42,429 nt of DNA from Gaiellales bacterium. Its GTDB lineage: Bacteria; Actinomycetota; Thermoleophilia; Gaiellales; Gaiellaceae. Made by a program: the position numbers and the translations under genes. Positions 25,103-34,222 of this stretch are shown piece by piece. The DNA lies in the NCBI GenBank assembly GCA_038320185.1, contig JBBQDZ010000001.1, positions 1 to 42,429 on the forward strand, given 5' to 3'. The notes beneath the pieces are model-generated. The model was not told the DNA's origin, ran no database searches, and worked only from the letters and a program-made list of their open reading frames with translations. Positions within the stretch are counted from its first letter, which is position 1. Each line of letters begins with the position of its first letter.

Positions 25103-26050
25103 TCAGCTGCGCACGAGCGCCCTTGCAAACTCGGACGGGTCGAAGGGGCGCAAGTCGTCGAGGCCCTCCCCCACCCCGATCAGCTTCACCGGGAGCCCCA
25201 GCTCGTTGGCGATCGGGATCGCGATCCCGCCCTTCGCCGAGCCATCGAGCTTCGTCAGCACGACGCCGGTTACCCCGACCGCCTCGGCGAACAGGCGCGC
25301 CTGCTGAAGACCATTCTGACCTGTCGTCGAATCGAGCACGAGCAGTGTCTCGTGCGGCGCCCCTTCGAGCCGCCGGGCGATCACTCGGCGGACCTTCGCG
25401 AGCTCTTCCATCAGGTTTGTCTGGGTGTGCAGGCGGCCCGCCGTGTCGACGAGAACGACGTCGCGGCCGCGCGAGTGCGCCGCCTCGATCGCATCGAAGG
25501 CGACGGCCGCGGGATCCGAGCCACGGGTCGAGCCGACGAAGTCTGCCCCCGCCCGGCCGGCCCAGATCTCGAGCTGCTCCTCGGCGGCGGCGCGGAACGT
25601 GTCCGCAGCGGCCATGATCACCGAGAGGCCGTGCTCGCGGAGCCGGTAGGCGAGCTTGCCGATAGTCGTCGTCTTCCCGGTGCCGTTGACCCCGACCACG
25701 AGGAGCACACTCGGCCTTCGGCGCACGTCGAGCTTTCCCGGCTCACCCAGAAGTGCCGCGACCTCGCGCTCGAGCGCCGCCTCGAGATCCCCGAGCTCCC
25801 CCTGCCCCTCCAGACGCCGCACGAGCTCCGCCGTGGAGCGCACGCCGACATCGGCGGCGATCAGTGCCTCCTCGAGGCGCTCCCACGACTCCTCGTCGGA
25901 CGGATCGAACCCGGCCGTGAGCTCGCCTGTCAGGGCACGGCGGCTCCTCGCGAGAGAGTCGCGCAGCCGCGAGAAGAAACCGCCTCGCTCGTCCTCGTCC
26001 CGCCCAGATACGGCCGCCTCGCCGAGGAGGTCGGCCCACGTTCTCGTCAT
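25103..26050 (-). CDS. ftsY: Signal recognition particle receptor FtsY
   Basis: GVNGTGKTTTIGKLA, DTAGRLH and TKLDGSAKGG motifs. ATG 26050 forms ATGA with the smc stop. The extension to 26287 overlaps smc and was rejected. Confidence 0.9.
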   Translation of the reverse strand: MTRTWADLLGEAAVSGRDEDERGGFFSRLRDSLARSRRALTGELTAGFDPSDEESWERLEEALIAADVGVRSTAELVRRLEGQGELGDLEAALEREVAALLGEPGKLDVRRRPSVLLVVGVNGTGKTTTIGKLAYRLREHGLSVIMAAADTFRAAAEEQLEIWAGRAGADFVGSTRGSDPAAVAFDAIEAAHSRGRDVVLVDTAGRLHTQTNLMEELAKVRRVIARRLEGAPHETLLVLDSTTGQNGLQQARLFAEAVGVTGVVLTKLDGSAKGGIAIPIANELGLPVKLIGVGEGLDDLRPFDPSEFARALVRS

Positions 26051-28788
26051 GCGCCGGCCGCGACCGCCGTCGGCGCTTGCGGGAGCCGCCGCGACACGAT
26101 CTGTGAAACGCCGTCGGCGGCCATCGTCACGCCGTAGAGGGTGTCCGCTGCCTCCATCGTCCTCTTCTGATGGGTGATGACGATGAACTGCGCCCTGTCG
26201 GCGTAGCCGCGCAGAAGCTCGACGAAGCGGCCGATGTTCGTGTCGTCGAGCGCGGCCTCCACCTCGTCGAGGAGGTAGAACGGGCACGGGCGCGCCAGGA
26301 AGAGCGAGAACAGGAACGCGATCGCGCCGAGTGACTTCTCACCGCCGGAGAGGAGCGAGAGTCGCGTCACGCGCTTGCCCGCCGGTCGGAGCTCGACCTC
26401 GATCCCCGGCACCTCCTCCTCTGTCTCGAGCTCCGTGAGGCTCAGACGCCCCTCGCCACCCGGGAACAGCGTCTGCGCGACTTCGGTGAAGTGGGCCCGT
26501 ACGGCCTCGAACGTCTCGGTGAAACGCCTCTCCACCGTGGAATCGAGCTCCGAGCGCAGCTGCTCTAGCTCCTCGAGCGCTCGCTCCAGGTCCTCGCGCT
26601 GTGCCCGCAGCTCCGAGAGCCGCTCCTTTTCCTGCTCGTACTCCTCCTTCGCCAGGGGATTGACGCTGCCGAGCTGCTCGCGGCGACGCTCGAGGCGCTC
26701 GAGCTTCGTCGTGAGGTTCTCTCGCGTCGCGGTGCCAGCCGTTTCGGCGAGCGCCCCCGCCTGCTCGAGCCGCCGCGCTGCCTCGGCGGCATCGGCCTCG
26801 ATTCGCGCAAGCTCCACCTCGATCGCGCCGGCGCGCTCGGCGCTCGCCGAGACGGCACCACGGGCCTCGACTTCCTCTCCGGCGAGCTTTCGGAGCGCGG
26901 CTGCGAGGTCGCCGGCTTTCCGCGACCCGACCTCCGAGCGGGCTTCGAGCGGCCCGTCGAGGCGCGAGGCGGTGAGCCGCGCCTGCTCGAGCAAGGAGGC
27001 GGCACGGTCCGCAGCGGCCACGATGGGAGCCAAAGCCGCGGCCGCGGGCAACGCGGGTCGGCGCGCGGGAGCGGCCGTGCGCGCCTGCGCCTCCGCCTGC
27101 GCCGCCGCAGCGGCCGCCCGCCGAGCGAGCGCCGCGGCGCCCTCGGCCCGCACCCCGAGCTCCGCCGCCTCGACCGCGAGGGCCTGCCGCCTCGCATCGA
27201 GCTCCATCAGCACGGCCTCGGCTGCCTCGCCGGCCCACGCGAGCCGGCCGCTTCGCGGCTCGTAGCAGTGTCCTTCAAGGGTCACGACCGTACCTCGACG
27301 CGCGACCGCAAGCTCCTCGAGCTCGACCACCCAGACATCGTCCAGAGCACCTTCGACGCGCTCGTCTCGGGGCCGCGCGTGACTCGCCAGCGGCTCTGCT
27401 CCGGCCACCGGAGGCTCGGCGGCCGGCGCCGCCTCCGCCCCACCCACCAGAACGGCCACCGTCCCTAGACCTTCGGCCCTGGCCCGCTCGAGGAGCTCGA
27501 GACCCGCCGAAACATCCGCGGCGACGACGGCGGCTGCGCGCCAGGCCAGCGCTGCTGCGACGGCCCGCTCGTATCCAGGGTCGACGTCCAGCAGTGCCAG
27601 CGCCAGCTCGTGGCCACGCTCCGCGAGCGCCCGCGCAGCCGGGGGAAGACCTTCCCGCTCGGCGAGGGCGCGGTCGAGCGTCACCAGCCGCTCCGCGGCG
27701 ATACGAGCGCGATCTGCCGAAAGCCGCGCCTGCGCCTCCGCACCATCCGCCTCGTCGCGGACACGAGCCGCGCGCAGGCGCGGATCCTCGTCCGGACTCG
27801 ACCCCTCCGGCGGCTGCTCCCTCGTCTCGGCAAGCTCGCCGCGCAGGCGGTCGCGCAGCTCCTCGACGGCCTCGAGGCGCAGCGACAGCCGCTCGCGCGC
27901 ACTCCGGAGGCGATAGAGGGCGGCGGTCGCCGCTTCGCGCCGCCCGGCGGCGTCGGCCAGCTCCTCCTCGACGCCGCCGCGTTCCTGGAGGAGGCTCTCG
28001 AGCCGGCGGTTCAGATGCTCGCGCTCCAGGCGCGCGGCCGTCCGTCGCCCCTCCGCCTCGGCCCGACGCGCCGAGAGTGCCTCCAGGTCGAAGGTCGCGA
28101 TCGTCGCCCGCAGCGTCTCGATCTCGACCGACAGGCGTTCGGCGCGCTCGGCCGCAGTCGCCTGGAGCGCAAGCGGCCGCAGGCGCTTCGCCACCTCCTC
28201 CTCCAGATCCCGAGCCCGCTCCACCTGCACCGCGACGCGCGCGAGCTTCAGCTCCGCGCGGTGGCGACGCCGCTTGAAGCGACCGAGGCCCGCGGCCTCC
28301 TCCACGAGGGCGCGACGCTCCTCCGGCTTCGACGCGAGGACTGCCTCGACGCGACCCTGGCCGATGATCGAGCCGAGACCGGCTCCGAGACCGACGTCCG
28401 CGAGCAACTCGACCACGTCGGTGCGGCGAACCGTGGCACCGTTGACGAGGTACTGCCCCTCGCCGCCCCGATGCAAGCGCCGTGCGATCGAGATCTCGGC
28501 GAACGGGAGCGCGGCGAGCGCTCCGTCCTCGTTGTCGAAGCTGAGCTCCACCTCGGCGAAGGCCGCAGCGGCGCGTCCCGCCGCACCCGCGAACAGGACG
28601 TCGTCGGCGCGCTCCGCGCGGAGCTCGCTAGGTGCCTGGCTACCGGCGGCCCACACCAGCGCGTCGGCGATGTTCGACTTGCCGGACCCGTTCGGGCCGA
28701 CGACGACGGCGACGCCGGGCTCGAGCCGGATTTCGGTCGTGTCCGGAAACGACTTGAAGCCGCGCAGCTTGAGGGCTCGCAGGTGCAT
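26047..28788 (-). CDS. smc: Chromosome partition protein SMC (short-arm, 913 aa)
   Basis: N-terminal head MHLRALKLRGFKSF...GPNGSGKSN. Hinge-like central segment (DVDPGYERAVAAAL ... TVVTLEG). C-terminal head LSGGEKSL and FYLLDEVEAALD. Ala/Glu/Arg-rich coiled coils lie between these. Confidence 0.85.
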   Translation of the reverse strand: MHLRALKLRGFKSFPDTTEIRLEPGVAVVVGPNGSGKSNIADALVWAAGSQAPSELRAERADDVLFAGAAGRAAAAFAEVELSFDNEDGALAALPFAEISIARRLHRGGEGQYLVNGATVRRTDVVELLADVGLGAGLGSIIGQGRVEAVLASKPEERRALVEEAAGLGRFKRRRHRAELKLARVAVQVERARDLEEEVAKRLRPLALQATAAERAERLSVEIETLRATIATFDLEALSARRAEAEGRRTAARLEREHLNRRLESLLQERGGVEEELADAAGRREAATAALYRLRSARERLSLRLEAVEELRDRLRGELAETREQPPEGSSPDEDPRLRAARVRDEADGAEAQARLSADRARIAAERLVTLDRALAEREGLPPAARALAERGHELALALLDVDPGYERAVAAALAWRAAAVVAADVSAGLELLERARAEGLGTVAVLVGGAEAAPAAEPPVAGAEPLASHARPRDERVEGALDDVWVVELEELAVARRGTVVTLEGHCYEPRSGRLAWAGEAAEAVLMELDARRQALAVEAAELGVRAEGAAALARRAAAAAAQAEAQARTAAPARRPALPAAAALAPIVAAADRAASLLEQARLTASRLDGPLEARSEVGSRKAGDLAAALRKLAGEEVEARGAVSASAERAGAIEVELARIEADAAEAARRLEQAGALAETAGTATRENLTTKLERLERRREQLGSVNPLAKEEYEQEKERLSELRAQREDLERALEELEQLRSELDSTVERRFTETFEAVRAHFTEVAQTLFPGGEGRLSLTELETEEEVPGIEVELRPAGKRVTRLSLLSGGEKSLGAIAFLFSLFLARPCPFYLLDEVEAALDDTNIGRFVELLRGYADRAQFIVITHQKRTMEAADTLYGVTMAADGVSQIVSRRLPQAPTAVAAGA

Positions 28789-28837
28789 GCGCTAGCGCAG
28801 AGCATGCCGCGCGCCGCGGACGGCGGACCGGCCGGCG

Positions 28838-29548
28838 CTACCCCGCGGTAGCCGCCGAGGTCCCGACTCCGCCGAGGCGCACGAGCGCCTCGCGCGCCGC
28901 GACCTGCTCGGCGTCCTTCTTCGCGCGGCCCGTGCCCACGCCGAACTGCTCGCCGTCGACCATCGCCGCACACGTGAAGCGGCGGTCGTGCGCCGGCCCC
29001 TCGACGTCGAGGACCGAATAGCTCACCGAGCGTCGCTGGCGCGCGAGCGTCTCCTGAAGCTCGGTCTTGTGGTCGACGTGCTGGGTGGCGGCGTAGTCGA
29101 TCTGACCTGCGAAGGCGCCCGCGACGGCCGGCTCGACGGCGCCGAAGCCGTGCTCGAGGAAAAGCGCTGCGAGCGCGGCCTCGAGCACCGCCGCGAGCAC
29201 GTTGCGGTTACGCGTCAGGCTCACGAGCTCCTCGGCCGGCAGCGCGGCGCCCCGCACCCGAAGCTCGGAGCCGAGATCGAGCTCCCTCGCGACGACCGCG
29301 CAGCTCTGTCGCGACACGACGTGCGAGCGGATCTTCGCCAGTCGGCCCTCCGAGAAGTCCGGGAACCGGTCGTACAGGGCCCGCGCGATCGTCAGCTCGA
29401 GCACGCTGTCACCGAGGAACTCCAACCGCTCGTAGGAGGATGCGCGATCGGGCGACCAGGCTGGATGCGTGAAGACGTGCTCCCGCTGCGCGGGCGGAAG
29501 CTCCCCGATGAGGCGGGCGAGTTCGGTCGCGTCGCCCTGGCGCGCCCT
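28838..29548 (-). CDS. rnc: Ribonuclease III (5' boundary unresolved: no canonical start codon upstream of the catalytic motif)
   Basis: Signature ERLEFLGDSVL and a C-terminal dsRBD (GPAHDRRFT...AKKDAEQVAAREAL). The frame is open to 29584 and encodes the conserved N-terminus ELARLIGELPPAQREHVFTHPAWSPDRASSYERLEFLGD. The TTG at 29425 used by the ORF track is the Leu inside ERLEF. Confidence 0.8.
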   Translation of the reverse strand, partial: RARQGDATELARLIGELPPAQREHVFTHPAWSPDRASSYERLEFLGDSVLELTIARALYDRFPDFSEGRLAKIRSHVVSRQSCAVVARELDLGSELRVRGAALPAEELVSLTRNRNVLAAVLEAALAALFLEHGFGAVEPAVAGAFAGQIDYAATQHVDHKTELQETLARQRRSVSYSVLDVEGPAHDRRFTCAAMVDGEQFGVGTGRAKKDAEQVAAREALVRLGGVGTSAATAG

Positions 29549-29549
29549 G

Positions 29550-29795
29550 CTACTGGCGGGAGAAGACGTAGTCGACGGCCTGGCCTACCGTCTGGATCTT
29601 TTGGGCGTCCTCGTCCGAGATCTTGATCCCAAACTGGTCCTCCAGCTCCATGATCAGCTCGACGAGATCGAGCGAATCCGCGTCGAGATCCTCCTGAAAC
29701 GAGGCTTCCTCGGTGATCTCGCTCTCCTCGATACCGAGCTGCTCGGTCAGGACATCTTTGACTCGCTCGTACACTTCCGCGCGCGACGCTGCCAT
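29550..29795 (-). CDS. acpP: Acyl carrier protein
   Basis: [17 protein letters not shown] contains the phosphopantetheine Ser motif DSL. 81 aa. SD GAGGTG lies upstream. Confidence 0.95.
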   Translation of the reverse strand: MAASRAEVYERVKDVLTEQLGIEESEITEEASFQEDLDADSLDLVELIMELEDQFGIKISDEDAQKIQTVGQAVDYVFSRQ

Positions 29796-29849
29796 GTCAC
29801 CTCACATTGCCGTTGGGGTCGAGGGCGCGCCGATCATACAAAGACGGCC

Positions 29850-30836
29850 TCACCCAATCGTCTCCACCCTCGCCGCGCGCTCGGGCAAGCCCGCGGAGAG
29901 GCGCCCCACGACATCGTGCTCGACACCCCGAGCCGCGAGGCGGATCGCGCTCGCGATCGCCCGACTCGAGGAGTTTCCGTGCGCCTTGACAGCGAGACCG
30001 CGCAGGCCCAGGAGATACGCACCGCCGTGCGTATCAGGGTCGAATCGCTTGCGCAGGCGCCTTCCGGCCGGGCGGATGAGGAGTCCGCCGATCCGGCCGG
30101 CGACGGTTGAGACGATCTCTGCGCGGAGCGAGTCCAGTGCGGTCTTGATCGTGCCTTCGAGGAGCTTCAGGCAGACGTTGCCGGTGAATCCGTCGCAGAC
30201 GACGACGTCGGCGGCGCCCGCGAGCAAGTGGCGGCTCTCCGTGTTGCCCGCGAAGTTGAGCGACGACTCGGCAAGGAGGGCGTGGGCGCCCAGCGTGAGC
30301 TGGTTGCCCTTCTCCGGCTCCTCCCCGATCGAGAGCAGCCGTACCTCCGGATTCGGGCGGCCGAGGATCTCCTCGGCGAACACCGATCCCATGTGAGCGA
30401 ACTGGAGCAGGTGCTCGGGCCGGGCCTCGGCGTTCGCCCCCGCGTCGAGCAGGAGAGACGGGCCGCGTGTCGTCGGGATCACGACCGCGAGCGCCGGCCG
30501 GAAGACCCCCGGGAGGCGGCGCAGGCCGAGGAGTGTCGCGGCCAGGAACGCGCCGGTGTTGCCGGGAGAGACCACGGCGGAGGCGCGACCGTCTCCAACC
30601 GTCCGGCACGCCACGACGAGCGAGGAGTGGGGCTTGGCCCGCACGGCCTCGGCGGGTTTCTCGTCCATCCCGATCACGTCCGCGGCCTCCACGAGCTCAA
30701 GCCCCTTCGTGTCGAGGCCAGGCGGACCGACGACCAGCGGCTCGACCCCGTCTCGCGCGGCGGCGAGCGCGCCCTCGACCACCTCCTCCGGCCCGCAGTC
30801 GCCCCCCATGGCGTCCACGGCGACGCGGACGGTCAT
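29850..30836 (-). CDS. plsX: Phosphate acyltransferase PlsX
   Basis: MTVRVAVDAMGGD N-terminus, FTGNVCLK, and the conserved rpmF-plsX linkage (3-nt gap). Confidence 0.9.
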   Translation of the reverse strand: MTVRVAVDAMGGDCGPEEVVEGALAAARDGVEPLVVGPPGLDTKGLELVEAADVIGMDEKPAEAVRAKPHSSLVVACRTVGDGRASAVVSPGNTGAFLAATLLGLRRLPGVFRPALAVVIPTTRGPSLLLDAGANAEARPEHLLQFAHMGSVFAEEILGRPNPEVRLLSIGEEPEKGNQLTLGAHALLAESSLNFAGNTESRHLLAGAADVVVCDGFTGNVCLKLLEGTIKTALDSLRAEIVSTVAGRIGGLLIRPAGRRLRKRFDPDTHGGAYLLGLRGLAVKAHGNSSSRAIASAIRLAARGVEHDVVGRLSAGLPERAARVETIG

Positions 30837-30839
30837 GCC

Positions 30840-31028
30840 CTACGGGGCAGCGCTCGGAAGCGGCTCGATGTCACGGCCGCGGTAGGTCAGGCACGTGGGG
30901 CAGGCGTGGTGGGGCCGCTTCGGCTGGCGGCAGTTGGGGCAGACGTTGACGCGAGGCGCCTCGATCTTGTGTTGCGCACGGCGCTTGTCCCGGCGTGCCT
31001 TCGAGGTCTTCTTCTTCGGGACGGCCAT
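30840..31028 (-). CDS. rpmF: 50S ribosomal protein L32 (zinc-ribbon form)
   Basis: MAVPKKKTSKARRDKRRAQ and CPNC...CPTC. TATACT hexamer 12 nt upstream (31041-31046). Confidence 0.95.
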   Translation of the reverse strand: MAVPKKKTSKARRDKRRAQHKIEAPRVNVCPNCRQPKRPHHACPTCLTYRGRDIEPLPSAAP

Positions 31029-31082
31029 GACCGGCCGGGGAGTATAGCCGCCCGCACCGGGGACTCTGCTGCCCGTCCGCCG

Positions 31083-32638
31083 CTACAGCTCGAGCGTCCG
31101 CGTCGCGCGAAACCGCTCGAGGAAGCGCCGGTCGTGTGTGACGAGCACGACTGTGCCCTCGTAGGCTTCGAGCGCTGACTCGAGCTCCTCGATCGCCGGC
31201 AGATCGAGATGATTCGTCGGCTCGTCGAGGACGAGGCAGTTGACGCCCTCGAGAGCCAGGAGCGCGAGCGCTGCGCGGGTGCGCTCTCCGGGAGACAGCG
31301 TCCGGCCGGGCCGGAGCGCGTCCTGCGCCCGCAAGCCGAACTTCGCGAGCAGCGTGCGCGCGTCTTCGCGAGTGCCTGGAAACGCTTCGACGACCGGCTC
31401 CTCGCCCGCGAACCGGCCCGGCCCTGATCGAGCTCGCCCAGCACGACGCCGGGGCCGACCAATCGGCGCCCGGCACCCAGCGGCAGCCTGCCGAGAAGCG
31501 CGCACAGCAGCGTCGTCTTCCCGCTCCCGTTGGGGCCGAGCAGGGCGAGCCGCTCGCCAGATCGGAGCTCGAGGTCGACCGGCCCGAGCCGGAAGCTGCC
31601 TCGCTCCACCACGGCCGCCTCGAGACGCGCGACGACGTCTCCGCCCCGCTGCCGCGGGGCGAGCGAGAGCTGGAGCTCCCACGGCTGCCACGGCTTGTCG
31701 ACAGGCTTCAGCCGGTCGAGCTGCCGTTCTGCCTGCCGCACCTTCGTCGAGAGAGCATGCGTTCCGCGACGATCTGCCTGCCTACCGCCACCGCGCGCCT
31801 GTGCTCGCCTTGTCGCCACCAGCCCCTGGAGCTGCGTGCGGCGCTCGTCGAACTCGGCGTGTTCGGCAGCCTGGCGCGTCCGGGCACGGAGCCTTTGCGC
31901 TTCGTACGCGCTCCAGCCGCCGGCGTACTCCCGGGCCCGCCGCGACCCCTCCTCGATCTCGACGACGCGCGTCACGGTCCGGTCGAGAAACTCGCGGTCG
32001 TGCGAAACGACGACAAGGCCGCCGCGGAACCCGGTCAGACGGTGCTCGAGCCGGTCGAGGCCCTCGAAATCGAGGTCGTTCGTCGGCTCGTCGAGCAGGA
32101 GCACATCGAAGCGCGCAAGGATGAGGGAGGCAAGCGAGACGCGCGCCCGCTCCCCGCCAGAGAGGGTCGCGGCCTGCCGCTCGAGCCCCGCCGCGAGACC
32201 AACCTCAGCCAGGGCCTCTCCTGCTCTGGAATCGAGATCGCCGCCTCCGAGCGCGAGCAGCTGGTCGAGCGCGTCGGTGAAATCCTGAGCAAGCTCCGGC
32301 TCGCGCTCGAGCCGATCCGCGAGAACGTCCAGCTTCTGCTCGGCGGCGGCGACCCCCGTCCGGCGGGCGAGATAGCCGCGGACCGTCTCGCGAGGCAGGA
32401 CCTCGGACTCCTGCGGCAGGTAGCCGACCGCGAGCCCGGCCGGGTTGCGAACCACCCGCCCCGTTCCGGGGTCGTCGAGGCCGGCGAGCACCCGCAGGAG
32501 CGTCGTCTTCCCGATGCCGTTCGGGCCGACGATCCCGATGCGGGAGTCGCACGCGACGACGAGCGACACGTCCTCGAGGACGACGTCGGCGCCATGGTGT
32601 TTCGTGATGTCGACCGCAGTCAGCGATCCGCCGTGCAC
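31083..32638 (-). pseudogene. ABC-F family ATPase (two NBDs) interrupted by a 1-nt frameshift near 31413-31420
   Basis: NBD1: GPNGIGKTTLL, LSGGERARVSLA, LLLDEPTNDLD. NBD2: Walker A GPNGSGKTTLL is in one frame (ORF 30887..32692). LSPGERTRAALA and LVLDEPTNHLD are in the -1 frame (ORF 31083..31691). The junction ...LGELDQGRA | RFAGEEPVVEAF lies in the run GGGCCGGGCCGG. GTG start 32638 with SD AGGAGG. Confidence 0.75.
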
Positions 32639-32751
32639 GTGAACCTCCTGACGTCTCGGCACGCGGCGAGCGAGCGCCGCGGCAGGGAGCAAAGCGATGT
32701 CAGTCGGTGTCGCGCATCGTGGGGCGCGAGGTGCGCCGCCCGGGATCGTAG

Positions 32752-33264
32752 CTACTCGAGCGTGGTGCGGAGGCTCTCGAGCGCCGCCCAGGGCGACGGG
32801 GCGGGCTCGAGATCGTGTTCGTGCGGCTCATGGTTCAGGTCGCGCCCGCAGACGGCGCAGAGGCCGGCGCAATCCGGCCGGCAGAGGATCTTGTCGGGAA
32901 GCTCGAGGACGAGGGCGTCCCGCCCCCACGCGGAGAGATCCAGGAGGTTCTCGCGCAGGTAGGGCGTGCGCAGCTCCTCGGAGTCGCCCGGGATCGTCGC
33001 CTGGTACTCCCGCGCGGCCACCTGCACGTCGAGGACCGCGTCGGCGAGGCAGCGGAAGCACGGCCCGTGCAGCCTCGCGTCGTAACGGAGACCTAAGACC
33101 GTACCGGTGCTGGCCCGGGCGATCGTCAGCTCGGCGTCGGGGGATTCCGGCACCGCGACGTATCGCTGCCCCGCGAGCTCGAGCGGAGCCAGAGCGATCT
33201 CGACGCGCTCGCAGTGCTCCTCACCCGGGCGGAGCCGCAGCCTTCTCAGATCGAAGGTCGTCAT
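32752..33264 (-). CDS. yceD: YceD/DUF177 family protein (large-subunit rRNA accumulation protein)
   Basis: Cys pairs GPCFRCL and CRPDCAGLCAVCG; 170 aa. The ATG start is preceded by TACGCT plus 7 nt. Confidence 0.85.
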   Translation of the reverse strand: MTTFDLRRLRLRPGEEHCERVEIALAPLELAGQRYVAVPESPDAELTIARASTGTVLGLRYDARLHGPCFRCLADAVLDVQVAAREYQATIPGDSEELRTPYLRENLLDLSAWGRDALVLELPDKILCRPDCAGLCAVCGRDLNHEPHEHDLEPAPSPWAALESLRTTLE

Positions 33265-33271
33265 GCCGGCG

Positions 33272-33277
33272 AGCGTA
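33272..33277 (-). promoter_or_regulatory. -10-like hexamer TACGCT, 7 nt upstream of the yceD ATG
   Basis: The minus strand reads GC TACGCT CGCCGGC ATG. Confidence 0.35.
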
Positions 33278-33283
33278 GCTTTC

Positions 33284-34222
33284 TCAGCGGGCGCGGGCGG
33301 GTGCGGCGGCCGTGACCGGCGCGCCCTTCCGCCCGACGGCCGGCCGCGCGCGGACGATCAGTGCGACCGCGGCGACGATCATCGCTCCCGCGATCGCGGT
33401 GCGATAGCCGATCGGCTCGTTCTCCACGAGCCAGCCGAGAAAGACCGCGACGGCAGGATTGACGTACGCGTACGTCGAGACCAGCGGCGTCGGAGCCGTT
33501 CGCAGGAGCCAGACGTAGGCCGTGAAGCCGACGAGCGAGCCCGCGACGACGAGGTAGGCGAGCGCGGCCAGCGACTCCCCGGAGAGCTGGTGGATTCTCG
33601 CGGGCTCGCCGATCGCGAGCGAGGCGACGACGAGCACGACGCCCGCGCAGATCATCTGCATGGATGCGCCAACGAGCGGCCGGGCCGGCGCGGGCGCGTG
33701 ACGGGACCAGAGAGAGGCGACGGCCCACGAGAGCGATGCGAGCACGAGGACGACCACGGAGGTCGCGTCCACCCTGCCCTTTCCAGGTCCTGCGAGCAGC
33801 GCTGCCCCGGCGAAGCCCACGACGAGGCCCATCACTGCGCTTCGCGTCAGCCGCCGGCCGTAGCCGAGGCGGTCGACCAGGGCCATCCACAGCGGGACCG
33901 TCGCGATCACGAGCGCGCTGATCCCGCTCGGAATGCGCTTCTCGGACCAGGCGATCGCGGGGTTGCCGACGGCGAGCATGGCCGTCCCGAGGACGGCGGC
34001 GGCCGCCCAGGCCCTCGCGGTCGGGCGGTCGGCGCGATCGCCGCGCCTGATCGACCAGGCGTAGAGGACGATGCCGGCGATCAGGAAGCGTCCCGCCCCG
34101 AGCAGGAGGATCGGGATGTCGCGAATGGCGATCAGGATCCCGAGGTAGGTGGATCCCCAGAGAACGTAGACCGCGACGAGAGCGGCCCAGATGCGAGCCC
34201 GCCCGGGGCGGCCGGGGCTCAC
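33284..34222 (-). CDS. EamA/DMT-superfamily transporter
   Basis: About ten hydrophobic helices. N-terminal WAALVAVYVLWGSTYLGI and duplicated EamA-like halves. GTG start. Confidence 0.8.
   Translation of the reverse strand: MSPGRPGRARIWAALVAVYVLWGSTYLGILIAIRDIPILLLGAGRFLIAGIVLYAWSIRRGDRADRPTARAWAAAAVLGTAMLAVGNPAIAWSEKRIPSGISALVIATVPLWMALVDRLGYGRRLTRSAVMGLVVGFAGAALLAGPGKGRVDATSVVVLVLASLSWAVASLWSRHAPAPARPLVGASMQMICAGVVLVVASLAIGEPARIHQLSGESLAALAYLVVAGSLVGFTAYVWLLRTAPTPLVSTYAYVNPAVAVFLGWLVENEPIGYRTAIAGAMIVAAVALIVRARPAVGRKGAPVTAAAPARAR

Noticed and set aside
26051-26287. N-terminal extension of the ftsY ORF; similarly 10642..10977 for the phosphoesterase and 19367..19855 for yraN.
   Set aside because: These extensions overlap the upstream coding gene in another frame and are compositionally junk. 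The internal starts give canonical N-termini and 4-nt coupling overlaps or a signal peptide.
29423-29425. TTG used by the ORF track as the rnc start.
   Set aside because: It is the Leu codon inside the RNase III catalytic signature ERLEFLGD. Starting there would delete conserved residues that are clearly encoded in-frame upstream.
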